DNA of 64,000 bases from Tubulanus polymorphus. Its lineage: Eukaryota; Animalia; Nemertea. How positions within the stretch are numbered: position 1 is the first letter of the stretch; every line of letters begins with the position of its first letter. The DNA lies in NCBI RefSeq assembly GCF_964204645.1, contig NW_027437456.1, positions 38,001-102,000 of the forward strand. Reading direction: 5' to 3'. The notes under the pieces are model-generated. The model was given only the letters and a program-made list of their open reading frames with translations. It was not told the DNA's origin and searched no databases. Shown here piece by piece: positions 1-13,440 of this stretch. The position numbers and the translations under genes were made by a program.

Positions 1-100
1 CATCGGGGTCTTGTAAATCTGGAATATCATTAGGGTCACTTTCATCATCATCTATAGAAGAACGAGATGTAGATTCATCATTAGTCTCAAGTCGTTCATG

Positions 101-2305
101 TTAAGATTCAGGTGCAATTTGGGCCCATGCATCTTCATATTCATCACACATGTTCAACATTTCATAGGCCATGTCAAATGTGTCAATATCTGCTTCAAAC
201 CAACTGCGATGTTCATTGACAATTTCTTTGACACTTACTAACGGCCCTAATCCTATACGCACATGTCCTGTTTCATAGAAATTTTCATAAGTTTCAAATC
301 CTGGGGGTTTCAATTGTATATCCTGTCGATACGGCAGAAATAATTGTAGACTGGTTTGAAAGTGTTTTTCTGGTTGTTTCGTTTGAGAAAATCGGGCATA
401 TCTGACAACTGCAGGGGCTGTGTTTGTTCGCTCTCTGATATATCCAGTGTCATTTTTCAATGCTATGCTGCTTTCATTCACTTGTGATTTGGCTAAAATT
501 CTGTATTTAGAGCAAAACTGTGCGAGACACATTTTTTCCTCATCATCAGGGCGATTTTGATAGCGTTCTACAATACCTGTCATCCATACGTCATCATCAT
601 TCAAATCATGATCAGCGTTACGTGATTGCAATACACTCAAGGGTTTGCTCAATTTAATGATATTGTCACCAGTTGGAATAAACTGAACTTTTCTTGAACC
701 TTCTTTCATTATTAAATTACATACGCGATACACTGCTTCTTGTGCAGAGACTTCACGATTATGTAGGGAGGTTGACCCAAGAGATTTAATGGCTTGTTTA
801 GCGCTTTGATTATCCTCTGCAGCCTCCGCCCTGGTGTGTTCTAACAAAAGACCCATTTCTCGCTCACTCTTTGAGATATATGACACAATAAATACTACGC
901 ATGCGAATGCATCAGTCACATATTGGATGTCCATATTTGCTTGCCAGGCTCTCAATAATGCAGGATTGTATTGATTTACCCAACATTCATTTGGTTCTCT
1001 TTTCAACACAACACCATTTTTACGCGATAGACAACGATAAGCTTCTTCAAACATATCTTGTGTGATACCAATTGATCTGAATAATGATTCTGTTGTTGTT
1101 AACTCAGTTAACTCTGTATTCATTATTTTCCACACAGTACCAAGTATCTATTTTGCTCTAGCTGGGCTCATTGCATTCATAGCTGCATCATGTTGTATTT
1201 TCTGAATTTCTTCATCTGGTTCATTGCTTGTTGGAGGGGCTTCATATTTCATTTGAGTTAGAAATGTTTGTAGGGATGGATTTCTGGGGAAATTGAACCT
1301 GCATACAGTACCTTTTTTACGACATGTCTTAGAATGTCTTTTACTATGCATTTGGACACTGGTGGCAACCTCATGCAATTCAGGATCTTTGGATTCTTCA
1401 GGCAATCTGCAGGTTATGTATCTATCTACAAACTCAGTGACATCAACGTCATCATCGATTCCTGACTTAGGTGCATCTTTCACCCATATCAAAGCATGAA
1501 CATGTGGGCTGCCGCGCATCTGGAATTCTACACGATAAAAGTAGTCCTGTATTTCACCAATCGGTTGTGCAGGGGACTTGATAACAGTGTTGAGGAACGT
1601 ACGAAATCTATGATCAAACATCCTGGCTGCAGTTACTGGGTTTCGTCTCAATATACCACATTTCACGGACCATGACATGTCTCTCACAGGCTTATCACAA
1701 CCATCAACTCCAATTATAGCCTCTAAATGGTCCTCCCATCTCATTTCAGCTGCAGAGAATGACACAAAGAATGTTGGCACACCTAATTGTCTTACCATAG
1801 CCAGCAAGTCTTTTTGAGCAGCTTCCCAGAACGGAGGTGTTCCTCTGATAGGTTTTAAAAACTTATAACCGTCATTATGTTTCAACAATTCGTTCATATT
1901 TTCAATGTTTTTCAAAGTATTCAAGTCAATATTCAAACTTTTCTTACCATCTTTCACTCCTTTCCGCAATGCAATTGAGACATTTGAGTTGACCTGGTTG
2001 ATTTCAGACAAACACTGTGCATAAATTATGTAATCCGTGTTTCTCGAGAATCTAGGGTCGGCATTCATTAAACGTGTGTGTAAGTAGCGTGATAAAGTAA
2101 TCCTGTGTCCTCGAATATCATGATATGTAAATCTACCTGTCGGAAAGAGAGTGGGGAAACACCTGGCCTCCTCATTCTCAGTACCAGTCAAAATGTTTAT
2201 TGGGCTATTATCTTCAGCAGGAGCCACACACAAAATGTCGTCGAAATGTGCGTCAAGAATTTCCTGGCCGATATTAATTGGTTGCAGGCAGGATTTCATG
2301 TACAT
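101..2305 (-). pseudogene. Helitron Rep (HUH endonuclease) region, split by one in-frame TAG at 1148-1150
   Basis: Motif 1 PTFFVSFSAAE, motif 2 VEFQMRGSPHVHALIW, motif 3 [14 protein letters not shown] (first Tyr is Phe here, Tyr in copy B), and [11 protein letters not shown]. ORFs 1148-2305 and 101-1135 are in the same frame. Confidence 0.92.
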
Positions 2306-2440
2306 TCCATGCAGATTTTCAGCATCAGTTTCTTCCTGGTAGTTGACATCATTTTGTCCTTGTGCTGTGGAATTATTGTCAAGATTGGGCAGTTCTTCAT
2401 TTTCAATTGTTTCTGTATCTAATATCTCATCCTCAAGGGA

Positions 2441-3167
2441 TCATCTCTCAGATACTTCATTGACTTCTTCAAGCGGGTTATTCCACTCATAGTTTAATTT
2501 CACATCTCGATAATGCGGATTAATTGATTTCAATGTACACAACGCGTCCATTATCTTTTTCTGCTCAACGAATTGATACTTGTAATGTCCTTTGAATGTA
2601 AGTTTTCGTTTCAATTTTACCTTCATTATTTGATCATCAGAAGAATTTCGTGGTAATATGTCTGTTGTTTTTTTTACATTGCTCGGAACACATACGACTG
2701 GCCCATGAGATCCGTGCTGACCTTGTTTCGGTAAAGCTATCATTTTAATGAATGGTATGTTTATTGAAACGAGATGAACTTCTAGCGAATTCAGTTGTGT
2801 GAGCATATCGGGAATACTTTCTAATTGCAAGTTATTTACAGCAGCTTCACAAGGTACAGTAGCTGACAGTAATTTACTGTGACAACAATGACATATCCAT
2901 GATTTTCCACAGGGTTGATCTTTCAAGATACATGACTGAGAGCAAGTATTGCTACATGTATGTAGATAGGTATCTGTTATGCATTCTCGCGCAACAGCTT
3001 GTGTTTGGAACGTGTTTGGAACTGCGAGTACTATACATGCTAACATCCAATCTTTTCACCTGATTATGAAAAAGTAAACGTTGACAAACAGCACATACAT
3101 ATTCAGGGCCTCTCTTTGCTGTGTCCCGAAATATTGATATCACATAATTGAAATCCAATTTCTTCAC
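2441..3167 (-). pseudogene. Helitron Cys-rich / DUF6570-like region upstream of Rep, frameshifted
   Basis: GPEYVCAVCQRLLF, WICHCCH, LNSLEVHLVS, GQHGSHGPVVCVP, KLKRKLTFKGHY. Confidence 0.8.
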
Positions 3168-3289
3168 CTTTTCATTTTCCCGCCTAAAATTATTTTGGCC
3201 TTTGATAAAATTTTTGAATATCGGGTCGTGTGCATACCTATCTATACTGTGGGTTATTCACAATATGTTGATGGTCCAAATTAGTTTTG

Positions 3290-3725
3290 TATTTGTCAAT
3301 GCTGTAGCATTTGACCCTTTCTTGATGCTGAATGTCCTTTCGATATTTCCCAATACTGTATGTCTTAACGTGGTCTCGATGCTCAATGTCGTTCCGATAT
3401 TTCTCAATACTGTATGTCTTAACTTGGTCTCGATGCTCAGTGTCGTTCTGATATTTCTCAATACTGCATGTCTTAACTTGGTTTCGATGCTCAGTGTCCT
3501 TTCGATATTTCTCAATAATGTATGTCTTAACTTGGTCTCGATGCTCAGTGTCGTTCTGATATTTCACAATACTGTATGTCTTTACTTGGTCTCGATGCTC
3601 AGTGTCATACTGATATTTTGCAAAACTGCATTTCCTGACTTGTTCTCGATGCTGAGAGTCACTTTTATATTTCTGTATACTGTACGCTTTCACCTGATTT
3701 CGAAATACATCATCCTGTTTATAGT
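3290..3725 (-). repeat. 54-nt coding tandem repeat (18 aa, KYxxDxEHRxQVKxYSIx), about 8 units, inside the Helentron ORF
   Basis: Visible in ORF 3238-3885 and in the DNA (cttggtctcgatgctcagtgtc recurring every 54 nt). Confidence 0.9.
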
Positions 3726-3796
3726 TCATAGCGGCTTTCCTTTTCAGATTATTACAATAGTTACGATCATCGTGGTATTTCTTAACAGTATTTAAT

Positions 3797-5089
3797 TTAA
3801 TCTGCTGGCGGAATTCCAAACTGTTGCTGTACTTCATTTTTTTTCCCTGTGTTTTGGTTTTGGCGATAAGATTCATCGTTCTCATATTTTAGAGATGCAT
3901 ACGTTATCATCTTGTTGCGATACAGTTTATCCTGCCGATAGTGCTGATTATCGTAACGCCTTTTGACTGCTTTCCTGTTCCTGATTTGATCTTCACGTTT
4001 GTTATTGGTGGCATAATTTATTGAATTATACTCGTTCCCGCACCATGCGCATATTTTATCATATACATCAGAACAGTTTACGCACACAACAACCTCATAG
4101 TGCATACCACTACTGTTTCTAAGATAAATATTACCATTGGATTCATATTGATGTTTAACAGTGGCTAAAACTGAACCTGAAAATTGTTGCCATTGGTCAT
4201 CTATATGCGTATAGATATCTATATGCAGTAAATCAGCTGTGGCCAATGTTTCAACTTCAGTCGCCCATGTCTGTACGTATTTCAACCGGGATGCTTCAAT
4301 ATATTGATCTACAGTAATATCTGGATTTCTCAAATGCGGTTGAAACCTCTTTGCGTTGTGTTTCATGTGGTTTACTACTTTTGTACGTATGACCCTGTGA
4401 TAGTTTTCAGTTCCACAGATAGAATAAGAGATAGCTCTGAAAAAACAGTTACCATCACCTTTTATCTTATGGGTACTGCATGGTGAGCCGAGCGGTCCAG
4501 TATATGCAGGCATACAGTCATATCCTAGTTCAGCCATTGGAATACCTACAACAGATCGTGCTGGTATATCTAGAATAGAGCATAATGACAAACACTGCAC
4601 TTTTTCTAGAGGTCTGTATACTAGTGAGGTGTGATGTATGGAGCTACCCACAACTATAACATCATCATCAAAGACTTCATTTAAATGGGACGGTTTTGGT
4701 CGATTGAGGCTGCGTGTGGTTAATGTTTCTCCTGTAAGATCCTTTTGATCACAGCAGTTTATATCAACACCTGTTATTTCATATTGCATCGGTTCAATTA
4801 AATTCATAGAGGCGGTAAGTCTGTGACAATGTTTTTCTAATTCATTTAAACTTCTATGACTTACTATCACGGCAAATCCATCAGCAGTCATCATTCCATT
4901 TGAGTCACGTGAATGAGAGTCGAATACCCAGTACACACCATCCTGATTCAAAACACAAAATGTATTACCAGCAAATGTAACAAAGCAAGCATCATATTCA
5001 TCTAGTATTGTGTGTAAACATTCAGACAATTCCATAATTACACCAAACTTTCCGGCTTTCTTATGCAGAAGGCAGTTTGAATAGGCCAC
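3797..5089 (-). pseudogene. Helentron N-terminal segment: C-terminal half of a herpes-tegument-like (VTD/C76) deubiquitinase plus an OTU deubiquitinase
   Basis: WVFDSHSRD (VTD Asp-His). IKGDGNCFFRAIS...WATEVE...HYEVV (OTU Cys/His). Confidence 0.85.
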
Positions 5090-5093
5090 TGAA

Positions 5094-5249
5094 CAGTGTT
5101 TTCAATAAGAGCCAGGTCCCAGACCTGTCTGTTGTTTGTAAAGGACCTGCCTGTTTTTCAAACCAGCTTTCATTTCAGGGACTGTGACAAATGGGACCCT
5201 CCTCTTTTACAAAGGGACCTGGCTTGTTAATTTCTTAATGAAAACACTA
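5094..5249. mobile_element. Small MITE at the Helentron A truncation point
   Basis: Inverted termini cagtgttttcaataaga / tcttaatgaaaacacta, subterminal ccaggtccc / gggacctgg, and actgaa on both flanks. Confidence 0.6.
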
Positions 5250-6482
5250 CTGAAGTAAGTGGATATTTTGCTGCTGCAACATTATTTTAGTAATTACAAC
5301 AAAAATTACAGCAAAATGTACCTGTAAATGCTAACTGGAATATTCAGTTTTCAGTAAAATATCCACTACTTGCTCGTAGGGCTGGCAGGCGATGCCTATA
5401 GGACATGCATGATCGTTAGAATAAAGCGTTCATAATAATTAGTGTCAACAAGCGTCATCCAGCGTCAACCGATCAGAATTCAACGTCAAGGGGTTGATTT
5501 AGGAACCCAAGTCTATCTAAAGTTAGGGACATACGAGTGTATTTTTTCGCCTGATCGCGACGATTAAATTCGCCAGCGAATTAGTACGTCTGATACGAGT
5601 GGGTACAGGTAGCGATCAAACCAAAATTCAGTCAGTGACTGCCACTTAGTGCGAGAGAGTTAACAAATCACATGATATCAACAATGCATCCTAGTGGTTG
5701 ATAAAAATGCCATTTTATGGATCGCTCGGCGAAATTCGCCGAGTGCGGGCAGACGAGCTAATTTGCGGACCATTCGATCGGCGTAAATATCAAACAAGTT
5801 TGTTTGATACGGGCGATTCGCCGGGCAATAGTCGGCCGACGAAATCATCATCATCATCACCGTGAGTGGTGACACGAGCGATTTTTTTAGTCGATTTATA
5901 AAGTTGCCGTGATCGGGCAAAAAAATACGCTTGTGTGTCCCTACAGCAACATGAATTAAAATTAAAACTGACCAAAATAAGTAATTCGTGGAAAATGACT
6001 AACGAACTGCAAGATAAGCCTAATTTGTCAATTGACTTAGGCCTGGTATTGTCATTCCCGGCAGAAAATTTATTTAGAAATGCTAATAAGTTATTAATTT
6101 GTCGCTTGTTGACGTTTTTAAATCTTGACACAAAACGTTGAAACTTGGGTTGTTGACGCGCCGCTAATTTAGTAATTAGCATACCCAAAATAAAGTACTA
6201 TTTTCTGATTAACCTACCTATCAAATTCGAAGGCCCTAATGCGGAGAAAATCTGATGCCAGGTTTATTAACACACGGCGAAGTTAGAACTGCCGAGTTAG
6301 ACGAGACTAGTTAGTAGAGGATTATATAAGATTAAGATGCCTGCCTTCTCTCTCCAAATTTCGTCGATAACAATTTACCGACTCAGTGGGCCTAGCTGCG
6401 GCGCTCGTGCGCGTGTAGTTTACCAGTTTACTGGAAGCTCAGTGAAACGACACGATTGTTCACAGCGACGCTTCGCGCAATC

Positions 6483-7778
6483 CACAGGGACTTGTCACGA
6501 TTGATAATGGATGAGACCAATGATGGGGGTACCAGTATCCCTGCTACTGTATAATAAAATAACAAGGGTGGCAACAAATTTTCAATCTGACAATGACTTC
6601 TCCACTTCAATCGACTGTAATTCCAAAAATTCTGAACCGATTCACATGAAATAAGCTTTAATACAACCTAGAAGACTTTCTGCTTCGAACGAGCCTTCAA
6701 CCACCACTCTTGGACAATTATCTCACAACGAAATCACCTTTTTTTGACGAGAGATAGCTCAAAATGGAGGTCTACCGATTCTATGGTGGACAGCAAAATG
6801 GTCGTTTTTTTCACTTCAAACGATGATTTCTATGTGAGATCTTAGAGAAAACCCCAACAAACCATACATTTTTTAAAACTACGCGGTCATACTTGTACGC
6901 TTATTTCATTTATTTGTATAATCCACGCGATGGGTGAGCTCACAAGCTCAAAATCGAAAATGAGGACGAACACGGCGTTCAACTTGTCATCAACTGGGCG
7001 GCCATTTATCACGTGATATCGTAGTAACGGGCTAAATATTTCACGCGCACTGATTGGCTTAGAGATTTCGAAAAACATTACAAAATTTATTAAAAGTTCT
7101 GTTAATTAATAAAATATCCGTATTATGAAAATATAGTGCAACATTCGTCTGAGGGGTGGTATTATTAGTAAATATTTCCTTTTTTCAAGTCTACAGACGT
7201 AGACTTGTCGCGGTTCTATTAACATAGCCCGAACCTATTCACGTCACGTGATTAATGGCCGTCAGCGCGATAGTGCGAGGTGACTTTTTCGTATATTTGT
7301 TCGATTTTGAGCTTGTGAGCTCACCCATCGCGTGGATTATACAAATAAATGAGATAAGCGTACAGGTATGACCGCGTAGTTTTAAAAAATGTATGGTTTG
7401 TTGGGGTTATCTCTAAGATTTCACATAGAAATCATCGTTTGAAGTGAAAAATACGACCATTTTGCTGTCCACCATAGAATCGGTACACCTCCAATTTGAG
7501 CTATCTCTCGTCCAAAAACGGAGATTTCGTTGTGAGATAATTGTCCTAGAGTGGAAGTTAAAGGCTCGTTCGAAGCAGAAAGTCTTCTAGGTTGTATTAA
7601 AGCTTATTTCATGTGAATCGGTTGAGAATTTTTGGAATTACAGTCGATTGAAGTGGAGAAGTCATTGTCAGATTGACAATTTGTTGCCACCCTAGTTTTT
7701 TATATTATACAGGGATAGTGGACCTGGTCATTGATATTGGTTTTATTCATTCACTATCAATTGTGACAAGTCCCTGTG
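6483..7778. repeat. Large imperfect inverted repeat (core arms about 6547-6958 and 7300-7712)
   Basis: About 410-bp arms are near-identical reverse complements. Weaker similarity continues outward (acagggacttgtcac / gtgacaagtccctgt) and inward (ggccattwatcacgtga). Confidence 0.9.
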
Positions 7779-9184
7779 TCGCAATCAAACAGAAAGTTAG
7801 CATCAGAAGGATGGATCACTTTCAACGTACACAAAATGGCGATCGCCCTTCCGTTGAATTGAATTGCCGTTGTAGGGAATCGGCATACGAAACGGACGGC
7901 ACTCGGACGATAGTCCGATCCGCGCAACAATCCGACGACCATCGTAACACCCCGAAATTGTTTATAGCATTGCAAACACTATTTTATTTAATAACGTATC
8001 ATGAATAAAATTTAAAGATTGGGCTTCATGTATCAGGTAGGCTGTATGAATTTTTTTTCAGTTAAAAATGTAGCAAAATTGAAATTCTTGTTGTTGATAT
8101 AATTCATTTGTTATATAGGCATTTCATTGATCAAATGAATATGAAGATCAGGAGAGCTAATCAGCTGCTTGAAGAAGTTTGTCAGGTAGGGCCTAAATTG
8201 TCATTGTTGTTGTGATGACATATTCTATGTCTTCAACATTTTTTAACAGAAATCACTTTTATTCACTGGTATTTTCTGTTTTAGGTTTATGGTTTTACAA
8301 CATTTATCAGTCATGATGACTTTGATGAATATCTAAATGACTTTTTGTGTGCCGATGGATTTCATTTTAGTCGGCTTGGTATCAAGAAGATGGCGGCTTC
8401 TTTATTTGAAAACATGAGATGGTAAGCAGAATAGTATTTAATTGTAACCGCAAACATGGAGTTTTTCATTAAGACCTTTATCTCATGTGTGACCTGTTAC
8501 TCGGGTTGGTTTTCTATAAGATCAATAAGCAGTAGTGTTTGCAGCTTTCGTTATCTGACTATATGGGTTATTGTGGTTGACAATTCTTCGAAAATACTGT
8601 TTGCTAATTATCTACCAACCGACCAACCAGTAGTTTGACCTAATAAAAAACATGCATTTTGTAATACATCGGTTGAGAATTTTTGGAATTACAGTCGATT
8701 GAAGTGGAGAAGTCATTGTCAGATTGACAATTTGTTGCCACCCTTGTTTTTTATATTATACAGGGATAGTGGACCTGGTCATTGATATTGGTTTTATTCA
8801 TTCACTATCAATTGTGACAAGTCCCTGTGGCGCAATCAAACAGAAAGTTAGCATCAGAAGGATGGATCACTTTCAACGTACACAAAATGGCGATCGCCCT
8901 TCCGTTGAATTGAATTGCCGTTGTAGGGAATCGGCATACGAAACGGACGGCACTCGGACGATAGTCCGATCCGCGCAACAATCCGACGACCATCGTAACA
9001 CCCCGAAATTGTTTATAGCATTGCAAACACTATTTTATTTAATAACGTATCATGAATAAAATTTGAAGATTGGGATTCGCTTGGAAATATGACACATATA
9101 TTTCATGTAAATCGGTCACTTGAAAGAAGAAACAATTAATTAGACCGTTTGAATTTGATTTGTATTTATTTAATTCCGGGATTA

Positions 9185-9238
9185 TAGACTGGTTGCCTGT
9201 CCCATTCAAATTGAAGATAGATACCGGTAACCAGTCTA
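9185..9238. repeat. 54-bp palindromic mini-element (tagactggtt...aaccagtcta)
   Basis: Terminal inverted match. The left half recurs near 20252 (tagactggttacctgtcctattcaa). Confidence 0.5.
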
Positions 9239-9717
9239 CCTGGATTAAAGCTGTATAGGCAACAAACTCCACATTCACGAATTACGTGGCTGTCAGATTG
9301 CAAAAACCGTTTAATAAACAGACCGCATTCAAGCAAAAAATGGATGCTGAAACCGATTTTTCAAAATGTACGCCCCTAGTGGTTAAAATAGGAACTAATC
9401 ATGTGAGGGGTTCGTTCCATTTAGTAACCAGGTACATGTGAATGAATTTTTATAGAAATCCATTGATACTCCTAGTCGATATAGATGAAAATGCGTTTTC
9501 CAGGGTATTTATAACTGCTTAAGATAAAGTAATGAAATATCGAATGCTTTCATCTTTTGTCTCTCCAAATAAGAAAATTATCATTTTGCCGTAATCTGGC
9601 CAATATTAACACTTGGTGAGAAAATACTTGTGAAAAGATAGTTGGATTTATGCTAACAACTTTTTTATTAACCTTGAATAATGTAACCGAAATAACTGAT
9701 ATTGATTTTCATTACAG

Positions 9718-10192
9718 GGCCGAAGTCCAGTGAATGTGCGGGATGAGATGGTGTGCCTTTTCAGCAGACTACGATCATTCAACCCACAGTGCCTGATATA
9801 TGTATCAGGTAGGCTGTATGAATTTTTTTCAGTTAAAAATGTAGCAAAATTGAAATTCTTGTTGTTGATATAATTCATTTGTTATATAGGCATTTCATTG
9901 ATCAAATGAATATGAAGATCAGGAGAGCTAATCAGCTGCTTGAAGAAGTTTGTCAGGTAGGGCCTAAATTGTCATTGTTGTTGTGATGACATATTCTATG
10001 TCTTCAACATTTTTTAACAGAAATCACTTTTATTCACTGGTATTTTCTGTTTTAGGTTTATGGTTTTACAACATTTATCAGTCATGATGACTTTGATGAA
10101 TATCTAAATGACTTTTTGTGTGCCGATGGATTTCATTTTAGTCGGCTTGGTATCAAGAAGATGGCGGCTTCTTTATTTGAAAACATGAGATG
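9718..10192 (+). pseudogene. SGNH/GDSL hydrolase-like exons (partial duplicate at 8119-8421)
   Basis: Exons translate to GRSPVNVRDEMVCLFSRLRSFNPQCLIYVS / HFIDQMNMKIRRANQLLEEVCQ / VYGFTTFISHDDF...LCADGFHFSRLGIKKMA. DGFH (10125-10136) matches SGNH block V DxxH. The N-terminal GDS exon was not found. Confidence 0.65.
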
Positions 10193-11590
10193 GTAAGCAG
10201 AATAGTATTTAATTGTAACCGCAAACATGGAGTTTTTCATTAAGACCTTTATCTCATGTGTGACCAGTTACTCGGGTTGGTTTTCTATAAGATCAATAAG
10301 CAGTTGTGTTTGCAGCTTTCGTTATCTGACTATATGGGTTATTGTGGTTGACAATTCTTCGAAAATACTGTTTGCTAATTATCTACCAACCGACCAACCA
10401 GTAGTTTGACCTAATAGAAAACATGCATTTTGTAATACAATGATATGTATGTTGTCAACTTTTCAGGAATTTACATGATTGCTATTGAACTGCTGGATGT
10501 TTAATTTTTTTTAAATTACTATCTAAAGGAAACCGATGCAAGTGTGTGAGGAGAATTTTGCTGCAGATGACTATGACTTCAACTATCCTCCCTTATCTAA
10601 TTTCACACGTCCAGTGGAAGTAACCAATGAATTTCCACGTTCATACTCGAGTGTTTGTGCTTTGCAGCCAGCATTATGTAAGTATAAGAATGATACTTAA
10701 AATGGCATTTTCAGTTTAACGCATTGGAACATGTAATGAAAAATATTGGATTATTTTCATTGATTTCAAGCTGAACCAAAATCTGAAAGTGTAGTGATCT
10801 CATGTAGACGAACGAGAATCATTTCAAGGGTTAAAACTGACAAATCAACGAGTACCCGACAATCTAAGAAGAAACATCTCAGAAGACGACATGTGAGGAA
10901 ACAGACAACAGTGAAGAACACTGATTTTAGGACTACAAACCGGTAAATAATCATGATTCCAGATACCATTTCTTCAGAATATTCAATGTACCGCAATGTA
11001 ACCTTTCTATTTTTCAGGTGTGATTGTTTAACTGTGGAGAAAGTAAAGAAGGATATTTGGATTGGTGAGCAGTCTTCAACATATGCAGCTGTTCGTCAAC
11101 CTGCTAAGAGACTGGAGTGTTGGTGCAACAAATTTCATTATGAAAATGACATGGAATTGTTAGATCATGTGATAGATCACCATGTATCAAGGTAAAAACA
11201 TTGTAAAGCAAAGCTGAAATTATTTCTAAAACTTATTACTGTATTTTCAATGAATATGAGTATCTTACTTATATTCATTGCCTTACTAAGGCAGAATACG
11301 CAACAGCTGCACTAATGAATTACGGAATAATAAGTTATTAGGCTCTTAATAATCTTTTTGGTCATTTTACTGTTAGTATGATGTTGTTTGACTTGTCTAC
11401 TTATGAAGTTGTGAATATAATTAATGCGAGATTTTAAATTTCCTTTCAGAGAAAAATTGCTGATAGGAAATATAGAACAGAATTGTAGGAGCAAGAAACC
11501 TAATGACATTACATCAAGGTAAATATCAATTTGGGTGGTCATGAAACAATAACATTTCCCTGATTGATACTGATGGAAATTATTTTTAAG

Positions 11591-12650
11591 GTCAAGCGGT
11601 GGTGGATATGAAGAGGAAGTTATATTGATCAGCGATGATGAAACCAGCGACGTGAATGCAGAGACTACAACTAATGAGACAACAACACTCAGCGATGGAC
11701 TTGAGCATTTTTCAACATTCAATATTCCAGAAACCAGATCATCAACTAGTGTCGATTTTGTTATTTGTTCTGAAGAGTGCGAGAAAGCAGATCAGTCAAG
11801 ATACACACCACCTTTAAACCAGCTAAACCACATCAAAACTCAACTTCAAGATAGACTGACAAGTGGAACAGGGCACGCACATGTAAAACTTGATTATGGA
11901 TGCTTTAGTTTGGGTGAGATAAACAGGTTTATTTATATTTTAACTATTGTCAAAGCAAAGACAAATGAATTTAAGAAAGTATGTGACTGGTTTAATTCTG
12001 AGCCCTCCAACCACCCTCTTACAGAAACAGTCACCAGTGTTAATAATTTAAGATATTTCTTTGAGTGTGTAACTAAAATGGCCGATGAAAGATTCATTCA
12101 ACTTATGAATTACAGTGCTCAAGTTGATGAATTGCAAACTATGTATTTAGATAAATGGTATGAAGGTTCGATTATGCATGGCTTTGCCAGTTTGATTAAT
12201 CATACCTCTCCCCATGTGTTTGCTGATATTATGAATCAGACATTTTCCCTGTTAATTTCTGACCGTCTTTTAAAAAGGTTTGGAACTATTGAACAATGTG
12301 ATAGAATGATTCTTTTCCTTCATGTTGGTTGCATTAATATTACTGTTTTAAATGCTCACAATGCTAATCATTGGGCCCTTGCGGTTTATGATAAGGCTAA
12401 CAACAAGCTTTTTTATTTGGACACATTGGGATGGTCCTGTCCAATAGCATTAGTGGCTAATATCAATGAATTATGTTCAAATTTAAAACTACCATTGCCC
12501 ACTCTAATTTGTTGCCATGATGCTGAACAGCATAATACAAGCCGCCCAACTGTCAATTGTGGTAGGTGATGTGCACCTCTTTATCGGATTCAAACATGTG
12601 GTTCTGTCTGCGGTCCATCTGCTGTTCTCATTGGATGTCTTGCTGACCAG
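11591..12650 (+). pseudogene. Ulp1/SENP-like (C48) cysteine protease domain
   Basis: NHWALAVYD...YLDTLGW, then past the TGA at 12567 the frame continues as RIQTCGSVCG (His, Asp, Gln, Cys in order). Confidence 0.8.
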
Positions 12651-12883
12651 GATATTGAGGAATTTTCAAACCTAACTAGTTTCAGTCCTGTATCTTCAAA
12701 ACTTGCGTATTTACGTGATATAAGCAAACATTCACATTTTATACGCAAAGTTCTTATTGACTGGATAATTGGACAATCAATTCAGTTGAGTCATATTTTT
12801 TCGACTGAATCTCCAGTGATGCGAACAGAGAATCGTTTAGCATCTAAACTGAAGCGGAAATGTACGAAAATAATCTCAATTCC

Positions 12884-12884
<1 letters not shown>

Positions 12885-12921
<37 letters not shown>

Positions 12922-12977
12922 GTGATGGTGATGGTGATGGTGATGGTGATGGTGATGGTGATGGTGATGGTGATGGT
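12885..12977 (+). repeat. (GAT)n(GGTGAT)n microsatellite inside the transposase exon
   Basis: Directly visible. Confidence 0.97.
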
Positions 12978-13440
12978 GAGAAAAACGTCATTCAAAGATG
13001 ATGATAAAATTACTCCAGTATGCCATAATATGTCCACAGTAAGTCATTCAGAATATACACACATTGACCTCAAGAAATCTCAAGGCCCTACTAGAAACAG
13101 CCCTGTAGTAGATGGAAAATGTTTTAACAAGGTAAGTGACTTGATAAGAGGGAAACCAATGATTCATCATCGATACAGGTACAATAAGCATACATTGGAA
13201 TTGAAAGTCACTTTGAAAACTGGAAAGCGGTTGCATAAGACATTCTTATGTACAGATGCTGGTAATGATGATAAAGTTTCAATGGATAAAATCAATGAGT
13301 TTTTGAACAATGGGGAGGCTTGTAATTGGATTCTAGAATCAAATAAAATTCAGTGGTAAGAAGATGGTGTATTAGAAACTGGTGTAGAAACCAAAAATTA
13401 TTTCAGTAAATTTACATTTGATATCACCAAAAAAGTAAAA

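Larger units (their letters stand above)
1..5093 (-). mobile_element. Helitron/Helentron copy A, decayed; runs off the window start, upstream end truncated near 5093
   Basis: Collinear minus-strand ORF fragments with OTU, Cys-rich/DUF6570-like and Rep (HUH) motifs. Clearly homologous along its length to the Helentron at 44845-52060. Confidence 0.93.
7618..10438 (+). repeat. Recent tandem duplication: 7618-8668 and 8669-10438; the second copy has about 720 extra bp (9076-9799)
   Basis: Near-identical sequence and duplicated ORFs (7673/8724, 8456/10227). Confidence 0.93.

Noticed and set aside
3148-3795. 215-aa hydrophobic plus-strand ORF resembling a membrane protein
   Set aside because: Antisense shadow of the 54-nt Helentron coding repeat.
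7673-9059. Duplicated 111-aa and 60-aa ORFs as a gene family
   Set aside because: By-products of the tandem duplication; no motifs and non-ATG or intronic context.
12791-13001. Poly-Met/Val and poly-Ser/Pro ORFs
   Set aside because: Alternative frames of the (GAT)/(GGTGAT) microsatellite.
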